A DNA stretch of 64,000 bases, from positions 157,854,001 through 157,918,000 of the forward strand of contig NC_086097.1 in NCBI RefSeq assembly GCF_963921235.1, written 5' to 3'. A model generated the notes under the pieces. That model was not told the DNA's origin. It made no database searches and saw only the letters and a list, made by a program, of their open reading frames with translations. The DNA comes from Mobula hypostoma (Eukaryota). The position numbers were made by a program, and so were the translations under genes. Position 1 is the first letter of the stretch. Every line of letters begins with the position of its first letter. Shown one piece after another: positions 24,077-37,125 of this stretch.

Positions 24077-25719
24077 CAGTGCCTGTAAAAAGTATTCAGC
24101 CCCCTTGGAAGTTTTTGTGTTTTATTATTTTACAACATTGAATTACAATGGATTTAATTTGGCATTTTTGACACTGATCAACAGAAAAGGACACTTTTTT
24201 GTCAAAAAGAAAACAGATATGTACGAAGTAATCTAAATTAATTACAAATATAAAACACAAAATAATTGATTGCATAAATATCCCCCCCCCTTAATATGAC
24301 ACAACAAATCATCACTGGTGCAGCCAATTGATTTTAGAAGTCATATAATTAGTTAAAATATCCTAGCTATATATAAACCTGTGTGCAGTCAAGATGTTTC
24401 AATTAATTGTAGTAAAAATGCACCTGTATCTGGAAGGTCCATCTGCTGGTGAGTCAGTATCCTGGCAAAAACTACATGAAGATAAAAGAGCCCTCCAAGC
24501 AACTCCAAAAAAGGTTATTGAAAAGCACGAGTCAGGAGATGGATACAGGAAAATTTCCATATCACTGAATAGCTCTTGGAGTATACAAGTTAAGTCAATC
24601 ATCAAGAAATGGAAAGAATATGGCACAGCTGTAAACCTGCTTCAGACAGGCATTCCTCAAAAATGGAATGACCATGCAATAAGTGTACTAGTGAGAGAGG
24701 CCACCAAGAGACCTATGACAACTCTCAAGGAGTCACAAGTTTCAGTAGCTGAGAAGGGAGAGACAGCATATACAACAACTGTTGCCCAGGTGCTTCACCA
24801 GTCACAGCTTTAAGGAAGAGTGGCAAAGAGGAAGCCACTGTTGAAAAAAAACTCACATGAAATCTCAGCTAGAGTTTGCCAGAAGGCATGTGGGAGACTA
24901 TGAAGTCTGCTGAAAGAATGTTCTATCATCTGATGAAGCTAAAATTGAGCTTTTTGGCCATCAGACTAAATGCTATGTTTCGTGTAAGCCAAACACCACA
25001 CATTATCAAAAACACACCATCCCTACCGTGAAGTACATTGGTGACTGCATCATGCTGTGGGGATGCTTCATTGCAGCAGGCTTTGGAAGGCTTGCGAAGG
25101 TGCAGGATAAAATTAATGCAGCAAAATACAGGGAAATCTTGGAGGAAAACCTGACACAGTCTGCAAGAGAACTGTTACTTAGAAGAAGACTTGTTTACCA
25201 GCAAGACGATGACCCCAAGCATAAAGCCAAAGCTACACAGGAATGGCTTAAAAACAACAAAGTTATTCTCCTAGAGTGGTCAAGTTGGAGTGCAGACCTC
25301 AACCCCAATTGAAAATTAATGGCTGGACTTGAAAAAGGCTGTTCACTCACGAATCCCATGCAATCTGACAGAATTTGAGCAGTTTTGTAAAGAATGGGGA
25401 AAAATTGTGGTTTCCAAATGTGCAAAATTGTTAGAGACCTATCCACACAGGTTCAAGGTTGTAATTACTGACAAAGGTACACCTACTAAATACTGCCTTG
25501 AAAGGGGTGAATACTTATGTAATCAATTATGTTGTGCTTTATATTTGTAATTAACTTAGATCACTTTGTAAATGTTTGTTTTCACTTTGACACTAAAGTG
25601 TCTTTTTTCTGTTGATAAGTGTTAAAAAAGCCAAATTAAACCCATTGTGATTCAATGTTGTGAAACAATAAAACATGAAAACTTCTGGGGGAGGGGTGAA
25701 TACTTTTTAAGAGGCACTG
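24077..25719 (+). mobile_element. Full-length decayed Tc1 transposon with ~215-bp TIRs
   Basis: ta|CAGTGCCTGTAAAAAGTATTCAGCCCC ... GGGGTGAATACTTTTTAAGAGGCACTG|tg; inverted similarity extends over ~24077-24292 and ~25503-25719. Confidence 0.92.
24476..25496 (+). pseudogene. Tc1 DDE transposase, frameshifts and stops
   Basis: GDGYRKISISL, VKSIIKKWKEYG, SDEAKIELFG, IMLWGCF, YQQDDDPKH, WSSWSADLNP, KGTPTKY. Confidence 0.9.
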
Positions 25720-26664
25720 TGCTCTCCAAAAATCAAGAACACCAAGACATATTGCGACTCCAGTCCAATTTTTCAACAGGACAGCACATCTAGTATCGTC
25801 TGTATGAATTCAGGTCTGTTTGACTCATCTTAAAGCAACACAGTTCACTTGTCCCTGTGGAATGCCTCAGATTTATTTTCAAATGAATTTCAGCATTAAC
25901 ACTTCAGCAAAGAAGACAGTAATGAAATGGGACTTTGCTGTGTTTCCCAGGGAAGCAGAATGTGACCACATTTCAGACGTATATCATTCTAGTGTGCTCT
26001 GTTTTGCAACACAACATCTCCAACTGATCCCTATATATTTTAATGCATATTACAGTCTACAGATATTCATATAGGAAAATGGAATTGAGACATAGAATCA
26101 AACCTCATTCTTTTGAGTGGTGGAGCAGACTCCAAAGACCCAAGTGATCTCCCACTTTTTTTTTTAAAAGAGTGCTTACTGAAGCAGTAAGCTCACAACA
26201 CAGAAGTTACTGGATTGGAACACCACATCTGTCATGCAGCTCTTATTGCTGTAACCCCTCGGAGTACTTACCTTTGTTTTCAGTCAGAAGGTAGTTGTAC
26301 CTGCAGAGCTGCCCCTGGAATATTAACCAACCAACCTTCTTATCATTACATGCTTGTGAAGCCAATCCCTTGTCAAGCTGCTGCAAATGTACAACTCCCA
26401 CACATTTTTTTTCCAAAGCTGTACTTTATAGCTACAGGAGATAATAATACAACTGGGACTTTGATTTGACTTCATTCTTTATAACCTCCCTTTCCTTGGG
26501 CAAGTATCCTCTACCATCTACATTCCAAGCCCTGCATAATCTTCGCACAGCTGGGTCATAAATCCGCAGAATCATCTGGCTGAAGGAGACCCCAGAATAG
26601 AATGACTATCCCAGGGCTTGTGGCATTAGGAATCTGCTTGCAATCTGAATACAGTATTATATTT

Positions 26665-27762
26665 TATAACCATATAACCATATAACAGTTAAAGCACGGA
26701 AACAGGCCATCTCGGCCCTTCTAGTCCGTGCCGAACTCTTACTCTCATCTAGTCCCACCGACCTGCACTCAGCCCTCCATTCCTCTTCTGTCCATATGGC
26801 TGGCCAATTTAACTTTAAACGACAACATCGAACCTGCCTCAACCACTTCTGCTGGAAGCTCATTCCACAGAGCTACCATTCTCTAAGTAAAGAAGTTCCC
26901 CCTCATGTTACCCCTAAACTTTTGCCCTTTAACTCTCAACTCATGTCCTCTTGTTTGAATCTCCCCCATTCTCAATGGAAAAAGCCTGTCCACGTTAACT
27001 CTATCAATCCCCCCTCATAATTTTAAATACCTCTATCAAGTACCCCCCTCAACCTTCTACGCTCCAAAGAATAAAGACCTAACTTGTTCAACCTTTCTCT
27101 GTAACTTAGGAGATGAAACCCAGGCAACATTTTAGTAAACCTCCTCTGTACTCTCTCAATTTTGTTGACATCTTTCCTATAATTCAGTAACCAGAACTGT
27201 ACACAATACTCCAAATTTGGCCTTACCAATACCTTATACAATTTCAATATTACATCCCAACTCCTATACTCAATGCTCTGATTAATAAAGGCCAGCATAC
27301 CAAAAGCTTTCTCCACCACCCTATCCAGATGAGATTCCACCTTCAGGGAACTATGCACCATTATTCCTACATCCCTCTGTTCTACAGCATTCTTCAATGC
27401 CCTACCATTTACCATGTATGTCCTATTTTGATTAGTCCTACCAAAATGTAGCACCTCACATTTTTCGGCACTAAGCTCCATCTGCCATCTTTTAGCCCAC
27501 TCTTCAAACTGGCCTAAATCTCTCTGCAAGCATTGAAAACCTACTTCATTATCCACAATGCCACCTATCTTAGTATCAACTGCATACCTACTAATCCAAT
27601 TTACCACCCCATCATCCAGATCATTAACATATATGACAAACAACAGTACAGATCCCTGAGGCACACCGCTATACACCGTCCTCCAATCAGACACACAGTT
27701 ATCCACCACTACTCTCTGGCGTCTCCCATCTAGCCATTTCTAAATCCATCTTCCTACTTCAA
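26665..27762 (-). mobile_element. CR1 LINE 3' fragment with RT C-terminus
   Basis: ORF 27023-27709: SGVPQGSVL, YAVDTKIGG, LVRPNLEYCVQFW; tail (ATATAACC)n on + at 26665-26688. Confidence 0.9.
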
Positions 27763-28233
27763 TATTTTCTGTTATATTTATGTCTGGTTAGAGACAGAAA
27801 ATTTTTAAAAATCATGATGCAAATGATCAGCAGGGCTTTATAAATGTAGAACCACAATGTAAGGGTAAGTTATTCAGCCTTTCAATTCCACGTCACATTC
27901 TACATGATTATGGCTAATCATCCAAATTTGTCTTGAATATATTTAAAGATTTAGCTTTAACTGCATCTGTGGTAAAGAATTCTACAGGTTCACCACTTAT
28001 TGAATGAAGAAATTTCTTCATGTCTCTGTCATAAATGGTTTCTCTCATCTCCTTCAGCTGTGACCCTTGGTTCTTAAGCTCCCTGGTTCTATCAAAGACC
28101 CCCATCATCTATCAATGCACTCTTCTCCCCACCACTATTGGGCAGGAGGTACAGAGCCTTAGGTCCTACACCATCAGGTTCAGGAACAATTATTACCCTA
28201 TAGCCATCAGGCTTCTGAACCAGTGTGGATAAC

Positions 28234-28475
28234 TGTAGTGTATTTAATATTTCAGTAATAGTTGAGTAATATGATAAATCTATTGCTTGATGAAGCATAT
28301 TTTGTTGTTTACATAATTCATTATGAGTTATATGTAAAAGTACATGAATGGCATAAGTAATTACGACACCACATCAGATGTGAGGACCTCACTAAAGAAA
28401 AGGAAAGTAAAACTGAGTAGACCCAGGCTCACGTAATTTCCTTTTGATTCATTTCTGGAGTTACAAACCATAACA
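28234..28475 (+). repeat. Putative 5' LTR of the Gypsy element
   Basis: TGTAGTG...ATAACA termini followed by PBS-like gtgatgag; begins where the Rex1 similarity stops. No second copy is present to confirm it. Confidence 0.55.
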
Positions 28476-31400
28476 GTGATGAGAAGGAAGTTTTGAAACA
28501 AACCCAAGATGAATACCTACTTGTTGAAGCACAGCACATTTTTTCCTCACAAGGGGAGAGAGACGGTGAACTTAAAAGAAAAAGGCGGAAAAAAGACGAA
28601 ATTCACAGGTTCTTAAACAGTGACAGATAATAATAATAAAATTTCTAAAAAGTAGAAATTACTGTGTATATCAGAAACATAGACGTATTCAAATGCACAA
28701 CAGATAACTGGGTGATGTACACTGAATTAATTAAGCAGTCCAATTTGAAGCAAATAAAGTAACCAATGAGGAAAGAGTGTCAGTTTTGCTGAGTACAATA
28801 TGTGGAAAAATGTAAAATTTGCCTAAAAGTTTAACTGCTCCAACCAAACCAGCTGAAATGAGTTTTGCTGATTTTGTGAACTTAATGCAGGAATATTTAG
28901 AAACAAAACAGTTGTTGATTGCAAAATGCTTTAGTTTTCATAAGCTGAATCAAAAGTAAAGGGAGTCCATTTCAGCTTACATAGTCAACTGAAGGAATTG
29001 TCTGAGCATTGTCAATTCAGCGATGACATTAATGACATGCTGAGAGAAGGTTTAGTTTATGGAATCTTACAAGAACGCATTCAAAAATGGCTCCCAACTG
29101 CGACACAACTCACACTTAAAAGAGCAGTTCAAATCACTGTATCACTGGAAACAGCAGTCTGACAAACAATGGAGTTGCAGTCCGGAATAAAAGTGAGCAT
29201 GAACAAAATTGCAATGTCTCAACAGGAATCTGCCTGGCCAAACAAACTGTGTGACCATTATGGCATGGGCTTACATCCACCAGACCAATGCAGATTTAAA
29301 GGCAAAACTTGCAGAAAATACAACAAAATAGAACACATACAAAGAGAATGTCAGGCACCCAAAAACAAATGGACTGCTCAGAGAAGAGGAAAAGATAAAA
29401 TGTCAAATTGCAGTTTCAAAAAGGATCTGCAACTGTTGTTGAAAAAGCTGATAATGATGCTAGTGACACAAGACTGAGTAGCCTTGACACTTCCAATGTG
29501 AAAACTAAAAGGAGACATGCAATATGGCTTACACCAGCAGTGAACAGCAAACTAATTTAAATGGAATTGACACTCACTTGGCTGCTTTCAGTCATTCCAC
29601 AAAATGAGTTAGAATGACATTTCGAAGATACTGAACTGAAGGCTGCAAATATCCAGTTAAGAATTTATACTGGAGAAAATATAACTCCTGTGGGAATAAC
29701 ATTTGTACAACTACAACTTAATTGGAGTTACATCCATCACTTACATGCCACATCCCCTGTAATACAGTCAATTGAAAACAAGTTAAGAAAGGTACTGGAT
29801 GATACCACAGCAGTGTTCAAGGATGGCATTGGAAATCTCAAACATATCAAAGGTAAACTAGCGTTAAATGAAAATGCCACATGCACGTTTTGCAAAGTCC
29901 ATCTGGTTCCTTATACCATCCGTAACAAAGTAGCCAGTGAGCTAGATAGCATGGAGACTGAAGAAGTTCTTTCCAAGGTTGATTGGAGCCCATGGGCCAC
30001 ACCAGTGGTCCCAGTAGCCAAGAAGGGAGGTTTCATCAGGATCTGTGGTGATTTTAAGGAAACTATCAACCCAGGACTGAAAGTAGATCAATACCTTCTT
30101 CCCAGGATAGAGGACATCTTTGCAAACCTTTCAGTAAAGGTTTGGGAAACACTTCAATAAAGTAGACATAGCCAAAGTTTACCTAGAGATGGGGATGGAA
30201 GGAAAGTGTTTCTCACCATAAACATTCACAAAGGGTTTTATCGCTGTATTGGGCTTACTTTGGAGTGGCATCTGCACCTACACTCTGGCAGAAAGCTATG
30301 GACTTGGTGCTGCACGAATGCCCAGGTACTCAGTGTTGCCTGGATAACATAATTGTTACCGGTGAGATTGACAAAGAACACCCCCAAAATATCAAGACAG
30401 TGTTAAAAAGATGGTAAGATTATGGGCTCAGAGCATGATGGAGAAAGAGTGAACTCTTTAAACCTGGCAACAATTATGTGGTTGTACCACTGATGCACAA
30501 AGGTAACATGAGTGTGATGAGAAAATTCAACCAGTGGTAGATGCCTCAAAGCCAAGGGACATGTCGTAATTCTAGTTCTTTTTTTTTTAGGATTTACCAA
30601 TTATGATAAAAGGTTCTTGCCAAACCTAGCTACCATGCTCCAGCACTTGGAACTGATGACTACAGATTGGGAAGAGTCAGCATTGGATAAAGCAGCGTAC
30701 CGTAGTTTTCCTAAGCACAAAGGAAAGGGTGACATCAGAGCTGTACTCACGCATTATGATCCACATCGCCCAATGAAGCTTGCCTATGATGCTCTGCCTT
30801 ATGTTACAGGTGCAGTCAAGTCACATTTGTGAGTGATGGAAGTTAACGCCACATGACCTTTGCATCATGTTCTCTTACCGCTGCACAGAAAAATTATGCA
30901 GAATGATAGGGAGGCCTTGAGTCTGGTTCGGGGTGTAAAAGATTTCAGCTAGTACCAGTATAGGAGAGAATTTACACTCATTATTGATCATCAACCACAA
31001 GTGTCCATTTTCAATCCACACAATGGTGTTCAACTAACTGCAATAGCTTGAATGAGAGATGGGCTCTGTTTCTTGGAGGACACAATTACAAGATTAAATT
31101 CAAGAGGATAACTAATTATGGAAATGCTGATGGATTGCCCCATTTACCCTTGCAAAAGGAAACTTACAAAAGAGGACACCTCTCTTTAGTATTTTCCCCA
31201 ACCCAAATGGGAAGTGTCCCTACTGTATCAGAGATGATCCAAAGGGAAACCACAAAAGATCCGACACTGTCTCAGGTATACGTGACAACCCAAAATGGCT
31301 GGAATGTGCGATAGAAATTCTAGTTCCTTTATTTTTAACAGCATCAGGATGAACTTGTCCTGACAGTTTGTCTTATGTGGGGATTGAGAGTTGCTGTACC

Positions 31401-32540
31401 ATCCAAACTGTGTGCTAAAATATTGGAAGAGCTATATGCCGATCATCTAGGCATAGTCAAAATGAAAATGCTGGCTCAGAGATTTGTTTGCTGCCCAGGG
31501 ATAGGTCAGCAGATAGAGCAGCTTGCCACAGACTGCTTGCGATGCCAACAGGTCCAGAAGATGCCAAGAACAATGCCTCTCCATCCCTAGGAAAGGCCTG
31601 CTTTGCCCTGGCAGACGATTCATGTGGATGTTGCCAGACCACTCATTGGCACTAATTTCTTGGTAGCAGTGGCTGCAACTACAAAGTGGCCAGAAGAGTT
31701 CCCAATAGCCTCTGCTATTGCCTTGCACACTGTTGTGTGTTCAGAAGCATCTTTTGAAGGACTGGTGTTCCAGAACACTTAGTGACAATGGACCACAATT
31801 TGTTGTGAAACAGTTTCAGTCATTCCTGAAAATGAATGGAATAAGACATATTATATCTACACCATACTACCCAGCTAGAAATGGCTTAGCAGAGGTTTGC
31901 CCAGAGTCTAAAGAATGCACAGCGAACATCGTCAGCCGAACGCACTACACTGACACCGATTCAGAAACTAGCCAATTTCCTCCTTGATATAATAATGCAG
32001 CACAGTCCACAACCAACAACTCATCAACTATGCTGTTCCTTGGTCATCTCTTGTGCTTATGTTTGTATCTCCTCAAATCCAGTCTCAAGAGGAGGATGCA
32101 GAACAAACAGCTGAGACAAACTGAGGGGTCCTCAAACAAGGAGGTTTGATGTTTCACTCCTGCACAAGCAGCACTCGTGAAGGACTAGAGCTGATCAAAA
32201 TTGGGTACTTGGAAATATTAAGGAAAGAACTAGACCACTCCCCTACACATTGGAGATTGTGTTTGATGTCATTTGGAAATGATACATCGATCAATTGAGG
32301 AGAGCATAGTCAACTGTTAGAGAAGAAAGGTGGCCAGAGCTGTCAGACTGACTTCCTACAATCCCAGAGTCAACTATTACAACCATCACGGAGGAGGCCT
32401 CTGAACCTGATATTGTTTCACAGCCAAACATCTCACCTGCCAAGTAGAGTGAACACCTCCCCACCTCTTGTCAGGAAAGACTTTATCCCACAAGTGTAAG
32501 AAATACTCCACAGTGATTAAATCTTCTGGTCTGAATGGAC
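28234..32540 (+). mobile_element. Decayed Ty3/Gypsy LTR retrotransposon (Mag-like), 3' LTR missing
   Basis: Gag with two degenerate zinc knuckles (29169-29477), protease-like region ~29560, RT WATPVVPVAKKGGFIRICGDFK..INP..YLLPRIEDIF, CLDNIIVTG, RNase H LTHYDPHRPMKLAYDA, integrase HLGIVKMK..CLRCQ, IHVD, SDNGPQF, PYYPARNGLAE, in Gypsy domain order. Confidence 0.93.
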
Positions 32541-33999
32541 AGTTTGTCTTCTTTTGCATATTGGATTTCCAAGTCATGGTATGTTTATGCATAGATTTTC
32601 GTGAATTTCTATTATATTTATTTTTACTACAAATGCCTGCAGGAAAATGAATCTCACACTAGTATCTGGTAACATATACGTTCTTCAATAATAAAATTAT
32701 TTTGAACTTTGATACGTTTTCCCTATATCTAGTCTATCCAGTTGTGTCAGGAATTCATAAGCTTCAATGAAGTCCCCTCTTGTTCTTCTAAATCCCAATC
32801 AACGTAAACCCAATCATCCCCAAACTCTCTTTATACAAGTCCTCCCAGGAATTAGTTTGGTGAACCTCTACTAATCTCCCTCCATAGTAAAAACAACCTC
32901 CCTCACACACAGGAGCTAAATCTCCACACAATACTCAAGGTGTGATCTCAGTGTGGCCCTATATAACAGCAGCAATAAGGCCTTGCTTAATTCCCCTCAC
33001 TATGAAGACCAACATACTATTCATCTTCTTAAATATCTGCTGCATCTGTATGCTTAATTTCATTGATGCTCCACAATGACATCCAGGTTTTGCTGTAACT
33101 CACTCCCTCCAAATCTTTCACCATAATTATCTGCCTTTCAGATTTTATTGCCAGAGTAGATAATCTCACATTTATCACAAGATCTCACATTTATCCACAA
33201 AATCTGCCTACATTCCCCATTCTGACAGTCAAAGACACTCCAGAACCTATCTGAATCATCACATTTCCAATCAGCATTCTTCCAGCTGGCAGTTTGGAGC
33301 AATTGTATTTAATTCCCTCAGCTAAATCATTAATTTATATTATGAAGTACATGAGATCAGAGCACTGAACCCTCCAGTAGCATATGTCAATCCCTACCAC
33401 TTGGAAAAAGGACCAGTTTATTTATTGCTCCCTGATGAACAGCCAGCACTTTAACCACAAGAGAACATTACCCCCAATCACACCTTTTAATTTTGCACAA
33501 TAATATTTTACATGCAGCCTCATTGAAAGCCTCCTGAAAACTGTTCATCTCAGAAAATGGCAAGTACATTGTTCAAAATTTTTCATTTATTAATTCTAGC
33601 ATGCATAACCCTGACACTAATATCACAATAATGTCCTAAAAATCATCTGAATTCAAGAATTTACAAATTATTGCTCCTGCCTACAATATAAAACAGGTAG
33701 AGTATCCAAGATAAGGCTCGTAGAATAAGCTGAAATGCACAGCAGAAGACACACAACTGTTTCCTACACCAGCACAATGTTTAGTATTACCAAAATGTTC
33801 CAACATAAGTTGGAAGTGAGCTGCTTGAGGATCTGAGAGTTACAACTGTGCTGTTTATAATACATGATAGTAGTTTGGAAGGCCAGCAGACATGCACAAT
33901 ATAATAAGAAAATGAGGAACAGAGGCAGAAGTAGACATGTGCCTGTTCTGTTATGCAATAAGGTCATAACTGGCTTCTACCTCAATACGACATCCTGAG

Positions 34000-34940
34000 A
34001 CACACCCCACATCAACTGATTTCTGTTAGCATCAAAACTCTATCAATATGTCTCTTCTATTTATTCAGGTAATGAGTTTCTATTCCCTACTTTCTTCAGC
34101 CTCTGGGTAAAAAAAAATGCTCCTCTATTCTGTCAATGACTGATCCTCCTAATTTGGGACAATGACTCTTGGTTTTAACCACCAATGGGAACATTGACGA
34201 TGAATCGATATTGTCAAGCCTATTGGAGTTCCATGTTTAAATTAGATCACCTTTAACCTTCTAAACTGGAGAGAAGAGCTCCATTTGATTACTTTCTCCT
34301 CATACAACAAACCCACCTTTTGAGAACTCAGTCTGGTGAACATTTGCTGCAATCCCTACATCGCAGATTTAACCTATGACCTTCCTTAGGTAGGAAGACC
34401 AGATGTGGTCTAACCAAAGTCCTGTATCTGTGAGTCAGAATCAGATTTATTATTATGACTTAAAGAAGGAATAATAAAGGAATGTTCATGGGTTCATGGA
34501 CCATTTAGAAATCTGATGGTGGAGGGGAAGAAGCTGTATCAAGTGATTTGTATGAAATGATATCCAGGTCCCTCTGAACAGGAAGACACACAGCCACACA
34601 CCAATCTAAAAATAGACTGCCTTGCCATGTTTTGTACCAAAATGGATAATCACACAATTTTTTAAATTGTATTCAATCTGCCATGTCCTTGCCCATTTAC
34701 TTAAATTATATATTGTATATTCCTTGAACATTCTCTGTTACCCCAGATAGTCTATACTGGCCCCTGAATTCGTACCATCAGCAGACTTGGATCCATCGCA
34801 ATTAATTCTTTCATCTAAATCAAAAGATGAAAAGCTGAAACTCAGACACCAATCCATAATGTATTCCACCAGTCATAACCTTCTAACCTACCTCTTGGCT
34901 TTTTCTATTCTCTGCTTCCTCTCCATTAATTGATCCTTGA
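34000..34940 (-). mobile_element. Old CR1 LINE fragments
   Basis: attagatcacctttaaccttctaaactgga, gtctggtgaacatttgctgca, accaaaatggataatcacaca, gtaccatcagcagacttgg (FADD-like on minus). Confidence 0.55.
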
Positions 34941-35044
34941 TCCAGGCCAATGTGCTATACACTTCTTGGATTAGAACACTAAGGGTATGTGTTCCACTCT
35001 ACAGTCTTGAATTCAAAGGGCTGGCATTCATATAGAATAGTGTG

Positions 35045-35440
35045 GGAACACAGTTGAGAAAGTTGTTTAAATGAGATCTTGCTTCAAGTCTATACATGCT
35101 CCCTAGGCACTTCTCAATTCATAAGCAATTTTCTCAGATATCCTGACTGATATCTTAAATATTTTTAATACAAACAGATCACTTCAGTAATCCTGCTGAC
35201 GGGTCTCAGCCCGAAACATCGACTGTACTTTTTTCCATAGATGCTACCTGGCCTGGTGAGTTCCTCCAGTATATTATGTGTGTTGCTTAGTTTTCCAGCA
35301 TCTGCAGATCTTCTCTTGTTTGTCACTTCATCATTATTACTATGTTGGTAAATGCAAATTAGCTGGTGTTTCCTACATTATAAATTAACCAAATTTTAAA
35401 ATGTACTTTATTAGCTATAAAGTGTTGATGATCCTTTTGA
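35045..35440 (+). mobile_element. Deu-type SINE remnant (SacSINE1/AmnSINE-like), interrupted at 35192-35322
   Basis: aacagatcacttc|atcattattact...gcaaattagctggtgtttcctacattat...tgtactttattagctataaagtg resembles the recalled Deu-domain 3' part. Confidence 0.45.
35192..35322 (+). mobile_element. Penelope pLTR mini-element beginning at the hammerhead core (mutated)
   Basis: cctgctgacgggtctcagcccgaaacatcgactg...; diverged TSD tcacttcagtaat / tcacttcatcatt (10 of 13 identical). Confidence 0.8.
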
Positions 35441-35484
35441 AAGAAATATGGAAGATCTATCAAAATAGATATTCTAATGCTAGA

Positions 35485-35853
35485 GATTGTGTTGCCTGGA
35501 ACTATACCTGTGGGAATTCAAAAGAATGAGAGGGGATCTTATAGAAACAAACATAATTAGGAAAGGAATAGATAGGACAGAGGCAGGAAAGTTATTTCCA
35601 TTGGTAGGTGAAACTAGAACTAGAAGACAGCCTCAAGATTCAGGGACTAGATTTACGATGAAGTTGAGAATCTTTTTTCCAGAATTCTTCTGCCCAGGGA
35701 AGCAGTAAAGGCTACCTCATTTAATATATTTAAGGCAGAGTTAATAGATTTTTCCATTGCAGAGAAATTAAGGCAGCCAGGATCCGTCTGAATGGCAGAA
35801 CAGGCTTGAAGGGCCTGATGGCCTAATCATGCTCCTGTTTCTTATGTTCTTAA
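35485..35853 (+). mobile_element. CR1 LINE 3' end
   Basis: LYLWEFKRMRGDLIET...GKLFPLVGETRTR; tail gctcctgtttcttatgttctt. Confidence 0.8.
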
Positions 35854-36155
35854 ATGCAAGATTTTATTTCCCCTTTCTCTCATACATTTTTCTCTCATAC
35901 ATATCAATTAATCTAGTCTACCAGCATCTCCAAATGAGTGCCAATATTTAAAGTACTCCAATTTACTCAAATGATTTATTGTTAATATTTTGTTCTTATA
36001 CACCAAATATTCTGCAATTTATGATACCCAATGACAGTGTAACCTTCATTAACTCAGTTTTGGCCTTTGGACTTCCCCTAGTTAAGAAAAATTTTGGAAT
36101 TTATAATTTAAATGAAATTATGACAAGACATTTTATAAATGTACAAGTTATCAGA

Positions 36156-37125
36156 TTTGCCCCTGCTGTACTCACTGTGCACCCATGATTGTGTAGCCAA
36201 GTTTCCATCAAACTCAATATATAAGTTTGCTGATGACACAACAATTGTAGGCCATATCTCGGGTAATGATGAGTTTGAATACAGAGAGGAAATTAAGAAC
36301 CTGGTGGCATGGTGTGAAGACAATAGCCTATCCCTCAATGTCAGCAAGATGGAGGAATTGGTTGTTGACTTCAGAAGGAGTAGCGGACCGCACGACCCCA
36401 TTTACATCGGTGGTGCGCAAGTGGAACAGGTCAAAAGCTTTAAGTTCCTCGGGGTCAATATCACAAATGACCTGACTTGGTCTAACCAAGCAGAGTCCAG
36501 TGCCAAGAAGGCCTACCAGCACCATCACTTCCTGAGAAAGCTAAAGAAATTTGGCCTGTCCCCTAAAACCCTCACTAATTTTTATAGATGCACTGTAGAA
36601 AGCATTCTTCTAGGGTGCATCACAACCTGGTATGGAAGTTGTCCTGTCCAAGACCAGAAGAAGCTGCAGATCATGAACACAGCGCAGCACATCACACAAA
36701 CCAATCTTCCGTCCTTGGACTCAGTTTACACCGCATGCTGTCGAAACAGTGCTGTCAGGATAATCAAGGACACGACCCACCCAGCCAACATACTTTTTGT
36801 CCCTCTTCCCTCAGGGAGAAGACTCGGGAGCTTGAAGACTTGTACGGCCAGATTTGGGAACAGCTTCTTTCCAACTGTGATAAGACTGCTGAACGAATCC
36901 TGACCTGGATCTGGGCCGTACCCTCCAAATATTTGGACCTGCCTCTCAGTTTTTTTTGCACTACCTTACTTTCCCTTTTCTACTTTCTATTTATGATTTA
37001 TAATTTAATTTTTTAATATTTACTATCGATTTGTACTCCAGGGAGTGCGAAGCGCAGAATCAAATATCGCTGTGATGATTGTACGCTCTAGTACCAATTG
37101 TTTGGCGACAATAAAGTAAAGTATT
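36156..37125 (+). mobile_element. Rex1/Babar-type LINE 3' fragment
   Basis: ORF 36139-36903: PLLYSLCTHDC, IYKFADDTTIVG, LNVSKMEELVVDFR, FKFLGVNI, LPSGRRL, NSFFPTVIRLLN; tail caataaagtaaagta. Confidence 0.9.

Larger units (their letters stand above)
28093..32712 (+). mobile_element. Rex1-type LINE 3' fragment split into 28093-28233 and ~32540-32712
   Basis: aaagacccccatcatc...ggcaggaggtacagagcc...ccatcaggcttctgaac, and tail aaaatgaatctca...aataataaaattattttgaactttga. Confidence 0.7.
27910..33545 (-). mobile_element. Old CR1 LINE split into 27910-28092 and 32713-33545 by nested insertions
   Basis: attctacaggttcaccact...gaagaaatttctt...tgacccttggttct continues collinearly as ctatatctagtctatcc...gcttcaatgaagtcccctcttgttcttctaaat...acacaatactcaaggtgtg. 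Confidence 0.65.
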
